Source: an uncultured Arcobacter sp.
Lineage (GTDB): Bacteria > Campylobacterota > Campylobacteria > Campylobacterales > Arcobacteraceae
Direction: 5' to 3'
Length of the DNA: 64,000 bases
Assembly: GCA_965140705.1 (NCBI GenBank)
Contig: OZ223300.1
Location: 1,792,001 to 1,856,000 of the forward strand
Every line of letters begins with the position of its first letter. Within the stretch, counting starts at the first letter, position 1. Both the position numbers and the translations under genes were made by a program. Under the pieces are notes generated by a model. The model searched no databases. It worked only from the letters and a program-made list of their open reading frames with translations, and was not told the origin of the DNA. This document shows, in pieces, positions 60,147-64,000 of this stretch.

Positions 60147-62573
60147 ATGTTAGTCTCTACAAATACACAACTTAATATATTAGTAGCAAATAGTACAAAC
60201 AAAGTCTTAAAAGAGGTTTTGAAAGAAGCTGATGTTAAAACTTTAGTATCAAGTCAAAATAAAGACTTAAATATTTCTACCCTACTAAAAAGTCTATTTA
60301 GTAATATTCAAAATAATTCAAAATCAAATGAGACTATATTAAACTTATTAAAAAATTCAAATTTAAATAAAGACTTAGGCTCATTTACTTCAAATTTGCA
60401 ATCACTTGTAAAATCTTTACCTAATGATAAAAGTACTGAACAGTTAAAAACATTTTTGCAAAAATTTTCAATCACACCTGAACAAACCACATCAAAAGAG
60501 GTAAAAGAACAAATACAAAAAAGTGGTATATTTTTAGAATCTAAACTTTTAAATCAAGCAACTAATCCAAACAGTAAAAATGAAAATAGCCTATTAAATG
60601 ATATGAAAGCAGTTCTACTTAAAACAAAAGCCCAATTAGAAGCACAAATTAGCAATCAAGCTAAATCACAAGTACCAACTCAAAGTAAAGTAGAAGTAAC
60701 ACCACCTCAAAATAGTAGTCAAGCTATTACTCAAAATGTAAGTAAAGAAAATATCAATATTCCTGAAATATTAAAACAAATAGATAAACTTTTAACACAA
60801 ATCAAAAATCTTGAAACTTCAAATGTAAAAGAACAAATTACAAAGCCTAATATAAACAATGAAGCAAAATCTAATATAACTAATGAATCAAAACCTACAC
60901 AACAAGTAAATCAACAAGCAAATACTCAAACTATTAAAAGTGATTCTCCTTTATTAAATGACATCAAAAATATCTTAACTAAAGTTCAAGCCCAACTTCA
61001 ATCTCAAATCTCTAATCAAAGCAAAGTAGAAGTAACACCACCTCAAAATAGTAGTCAAGCTATTACTCAAAATGTAAGTAAAGAAAATATCAATATTCCT
61101 GAAATATTAAAACAAATAGACAAACTTTTAACACAAATCAAAAATCTTGAAACTTCAAATATAAAAGAACAAATTACAAAGCCTAATATAAACAATGAAC
61201 CAAAAGCCACACAACAAGTAAATCAACAAGTAAGTACTCAAACTATTAAAAGTGACTCTCCTTTATTAAATGACATCAAAAATATCTTAACTAAAGTGCA
61301 AGCCCAACTTCAAGCTCAAGTTTCTAATCAAGCTAAAGCACAAGTACCAACTCAAAGCAAAGTAGAAGTAACACCACCTCAAAATAGTAGTCAAGCTATT
61401 ACTCAAAATGTAAGTAAAGAAAATATCAATATTCCTGAAACACTAAAACAAATAGATAAACTTTTAACACAAATTAAAAATCTTGAAACTTCAAATGTAA
61501 AAGAACAAATTACAAAGCCTAATATAAACAATGAAGCAAAATCTAATATAACTAATGAATCAAAACCTACACAACAAGTAAATCAACAAGTTACTACTCA
61601 AACTATTAAAAGTGACTCTCCTTTATTAAATGACATCAAAAATATCTTAACTAAAGTGCAAGCCCAACTTCAAGCTCAAGTTAGCAATCAAGACAAAGCA
61701 GAAGGTACAGTTCATACTTCTTCAAAACAATTGGACTCTTCCCAAGTAAAAGAGCAACAAATAAAAAGCACTGTTCAAAGTACTTCCCAACTTCTTCAAA
61801 TGAAAATGCAAATAAAAGAAGAAGCCAAGTCCCAAGCTCAAATTTTAAACAAAGAGAATATCAATGTAAAAGATACTTTAAAACAAATTGATAAAATATT
61901 AACTGATATAAAAAAAATCGATCTACAAAATCCAAAAGATGCAGCTGTCAAACTTAGTACAAATTTAGATGCTAAAACAGCTACTCAAACCAATACTTTT
62001 GCTATAAAAACTGATTCACCTATATTCAATGATATAAAAACAGTTTTATCAAAAGTACAAGCACAACTTCAAAATCAAATTCAAAACCAAGCAAAAGATA
62101 TTGATGAAATAAAACACCATATTACTAAAGACATCGATCATAAAGAGACCTTAAAACATGTTGATAAACTTTTGACACAAATTGATTATCATCAACTTTA
62201 TTCAATAGCAAACTCTTCAAATAATGTTTATATTCCTTTTTTGTGGGATTTATTAGAAGATGGTTCTATTGATATAAAAAAAGTTGATGAAAAGAAATTT
62301 TATTGTTTGATTGATTTAACATTAAAAGATTTAGGAAAAATAAATTTGCACCTTTATTTATATGAAGATGACAAGTTAGATATTTCAGTTTTTGTAGAAA
62401 AAGATGATACTAAACAACTAATAAGACAAAAAGCAACAATGTTAAGACAAGAGTTAAATGGTACAGGAATAAGTGTAATTGGATTGAATATACATACATT
62501 AAAAGAAGATACAAAACAAAATTTTTACAAACAAGATGATAATTTTGATTTTGGTGTAAATATCAAGGTTTAA
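60147..62573 (+). CDS. FliK-like (hook-length control C-terminal domain) protein with internal repeats
   Basis: SGIFLESKL segment, Q/S/T/N-rich body and a C-terminal FliK-like domain (C.IDL.LKDLG.I...L.L). Immediately upstream of an FlhB-C homolog. Confidence 0.75.
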   Translation: MLVSTNTQLNILVANSTNKVLKEVLKEADVKTLVSSQNKDLNISTLLKSLFSNIQNNSKSNETILNLLKNSNLNKDLGSFTSNLQSLVKSLPNDKSTEQLKTFLQKFSITPEQTTSKEVKEQIQKSGIFLESKLLNQATNPNSKNENSLLNDMKAVLLKTKAQLEAQISNQAKSQVPTQSKVEVTPPQNSSQAITQNVSKENINIPEILKQIDKLLTQIKNLETSNVKEQITKPNINNEAKSNITNESKPTQQVNQQANTQTIKSDSPLLNDIKNILTKVQAQLQSQISNQSKVEVTPPQNSSQAITQNVSKENINIPEILKQIDKLLTQIKNLETSNIKEQITKPNINNEPKATQQVNQQVSTQTIKSDSPLLNDIKNILTKVQAQLQAQVSNQAKAQVPTQSKVEVTPPQNSSQAITQNVSKENINIPETLKQIDKLLTQIKNLETSNVKEQITKPNINNEAKSNITNESKPTQQVNQQVTTQTIKSDSPLLNDIKNILTKVQAQLQAQVSNQDKAEGTVHTSSKQLDSSQVKEQQIKSTVQSTSQLLQMKMQIKEEAKSQAQILNKENINVKDTLKQIDKILTDIKKIDLQNPKDAAVKLSTNLDAKTATQTNTFAIKTDSPIFNDIKTVLSKVQAQLQNQIQNQAKDIDEIKHHITKDIDHKETLKHVDKLLTQIDYHQLYSIANSSNNVYIPFLWDLLEDGSIDIKKVDEKKFYCLIDLTLKDLGKINLHLYLYEDDKLDISVFVEKDDTKQLIRQKATMLRQELNGTGISVIGLNIHTLKEDTKQNFYKQDDNFDFGVNIKV
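60657..61690 (+). repeat. Three near-identical tandem 336-nt (112-aa) repeats within the FliK-like gene
   Basis: AAAGTAGAAGTAACACCACCTCAAAATAGTAGTCAAGC starts at 60687, 61023 and 61359. Confidence 0.95.
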
Positions 62574-62574
62574 G

Positions 62575-62850
62575 ATGGATGAAGAAAAAAAAATATTAAA
62601 AGTTGCAGCTTTAAAATATAATATGCAAGATGATACTGCACCCAAAGTTGTAGCAAAAGGAAGTGGTGAACTTGCATCTAATATTATAAAAATAGCAAAA
62701 GAAAATAATATCCCCATAAAAAAAGATGAAGACTTAGTTGAACTTTTAACAAAATTAGATGTAAATCAACAAATTCCAAATAACTTATATAAAGCAGTTG
62801 CAGAAATTTTTGCTTTTATTTATGACTTATCAAAGCAAAATAAAAACTGA
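62575..62850 (+). CDS. FlhB C-terminal-like protein (FlhX/EscU-YscU-HrcU family)
   Basis: AALKY...APKVVAKG.G.LA..II..A.ENNIPI, IP..LY.AVAEI.AF.Y. Confidence 0.9.
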   Translation: MDEEKKILKVAALKYNMQDDTAPKVVAKGSGELASNIIKIAKENNIPIKKDEDLVELLTKLDVNQQIPNNLYKAVAEIFAFIYDLSKQNKN

Positions 62851-62915
62851 TGATATCCTAGTATAAGACTATTTATAATATAATCAGCAAAAAATATACT
62901 AAGACTGCTAATTAA

Positions 62916-63356
62916 ATGAAAAATATACTTTTACACAATCCTTACTTTATATTCTTTTTAGGAATCATTACAGTATTTGTAAATATTATTTCTTCTGTAC
63001 ATTTTTTCCCTATTCTAATGGCAGGTGTAGTTTTCTTAGCTTTTCTAAAATCCATTAAATATCAATATTATTACTCTTTAACATATTTGATAATAGTATT
63101 TTTATTTATAGAATATAATAATGGATTTTTACCTTTTTCTTTTACCTTTCTATCTTTATTTATATATACTTTTATCTTACCAAGTTTAAATAGAGTTATC
63201 TCACTACATAATCTAAACAATTATATTTATATCTTAACTTTTTACTTAGGTGTTTTATTAGTTTGGGTATTTACTAATGATTTAAATTTTAACTTAGTTA
63301 GGTATGTTATATTAAATATTGTAATTGACTTTTTAATTTACGGACTATTTCTATGA
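62916..63356 (+). CDS. Integral membrane protein, possibly MreD-like
   Basis: About five TM segments; ATGA overlap with the PBP2 gene. The MreD assignment rests only on position and topology. Confidence 0.55.
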   Translation: MKNILLHNPYFIFFLGIITVFVNIISSVHFFPILMAGVVFLAFLKSIKYQYYYSLTYLIIVFLFIEYNNGFLPFSFTFLSLFIYTFILPSLNRVISLHNLNNYIYILTFYLGVLLVWVFTNDLNFNLVRYVILNIVIDFLIYGLFL

Positions 63357-64000
63357 AAAAACGGCTTAATTTAATTCTTATCTTTATAGGTATTGTATGC
63401 TTACTTTTAGTGTATAGATTATATTATTTGAGTATAAAATCAAATACATATTATGAACAATTATCAAAACAAAACTACATAAAAAAAGTTTATCAAGCTC
63501 CTTCAAGAGGACTTATAAAAGATAGAAATGGAGTCGCCCTAGCAATCAATGAACTAGGTTTTTCAATAAGTATTAAACCTCACTTGCGTTCATATAAAAA
63601 TAAACATATTTTAGAAGAATTAGTTAATACTATTGTTACATATTTTCCAGATTTTGAAAAAGATAAATTAATTAAAAAGTATAATAAACTAGATTCACCA
63701 TATAAACATGATTTTGTAAAAATTATTGATTATATAGCTTATGACAAATTTTTTGATAAATATACTGTTTTTAATTCATTAGATAATTTAAAAGTGGAAT
63801 CAGCAGTAAAAAGAAATTACCCTTTTAAAAAAGTTGCAGCACATATTATTGGGTATGTAGGAAAAGCTTCTAGAAAAGATATTGATGCTAATCCTATTTC
63901 TAGGTATAGTGGAATAATTGGCAAAAATGGTTTAGAAAAATATTATAACAATATTTTACAAGGGAAACTTGGATATAAAAAAGTAAAAGTAAATGCCCTA
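63353..64000 (+). CDS. mrdA: Penicillin-binding protein 2, N-terminal part (runs off window end)
   Basis: ATG 63353: MKKRLNLILIFIG...RLYYLSIKSNTYYEQLS..N.....APSRGLIKDRNG...KRNYP...AAHIIGYVG...GKNGLEKYYN..LQG. Confidence 0.92.
   Translation, partial: MKKRLNLILIFIGIVCLLLVYRLYYLSIKSNTYYEQLSKQNYIKKVYQAPSRGLIKDRNGVALAINELGFSISIKPHLRSYKNKHILEELVNTIVTYFPDFEKDKLIKKYNKLDSPYKHDFVKIIDYIAYDKFFDKYTVFNSLDNLKVESAVKRNYPFKKVAAHIIGYVGKASRKDIDANPISRYSGIIGKNGLEKYYNNILQGKLGYKKVKVNAL

Noticed and set aside
60657..61690. CRISPR array or mobile-element repeat
   Set aside because: The repeats are 336 nt, in frame within a CDS, with no unique spacers and no cas or transposase genes.

Overview
This is an AT-rich chromosomal window from a Campylobacterota bacterium, most likely Arcobacteraceae, judged by gene content and order (cbpA-hspR, monomeric icd-mdh, lolA/secA/lolF, yhdP-like/mltG, flhX-like, dccRS-like system). 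Most of it is core housekeeping: tatBC, queA, rsmH, hup, rnpB, secA, ftsAZ, sodB, recD2 and partial mrdA. An accessory block at about 9.4-24 kb holds the most unusual content. (1) A translationally coupled B12-dependent glutamate mutase S-E-L operon ends in an ANL-family adenylating ligase rather than methylaspartate ammonia-lyase. It is divergent from a hydrolase, a threonine aldolase, an RraA-family gene, an atypical ADP-ribosylglycohydrolase and ovoA (ovothiol synthase). (2) A diguanylate cyclase has an N-terminus that looks like a degenerate ASCH/PUA domain, and its gene overlaps tail-to-tail with an EAL phosphodiesterase. Other notable items are two ADP-ribosylglycohydrolase-fold proteins lacking the metal-binding aspartates and a FliK-like protein with a recent 336-nt triplication. 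Readable cis elements include an FNR-type box, a HAIR site, DccR-like direct repeats at three promoters, a twin palindromic operator and a shared terminator hairpin. I saw no CRISPR array, tRNA, rRNA or IS element. All family assignments come from motif recognition by eye, not database searches.
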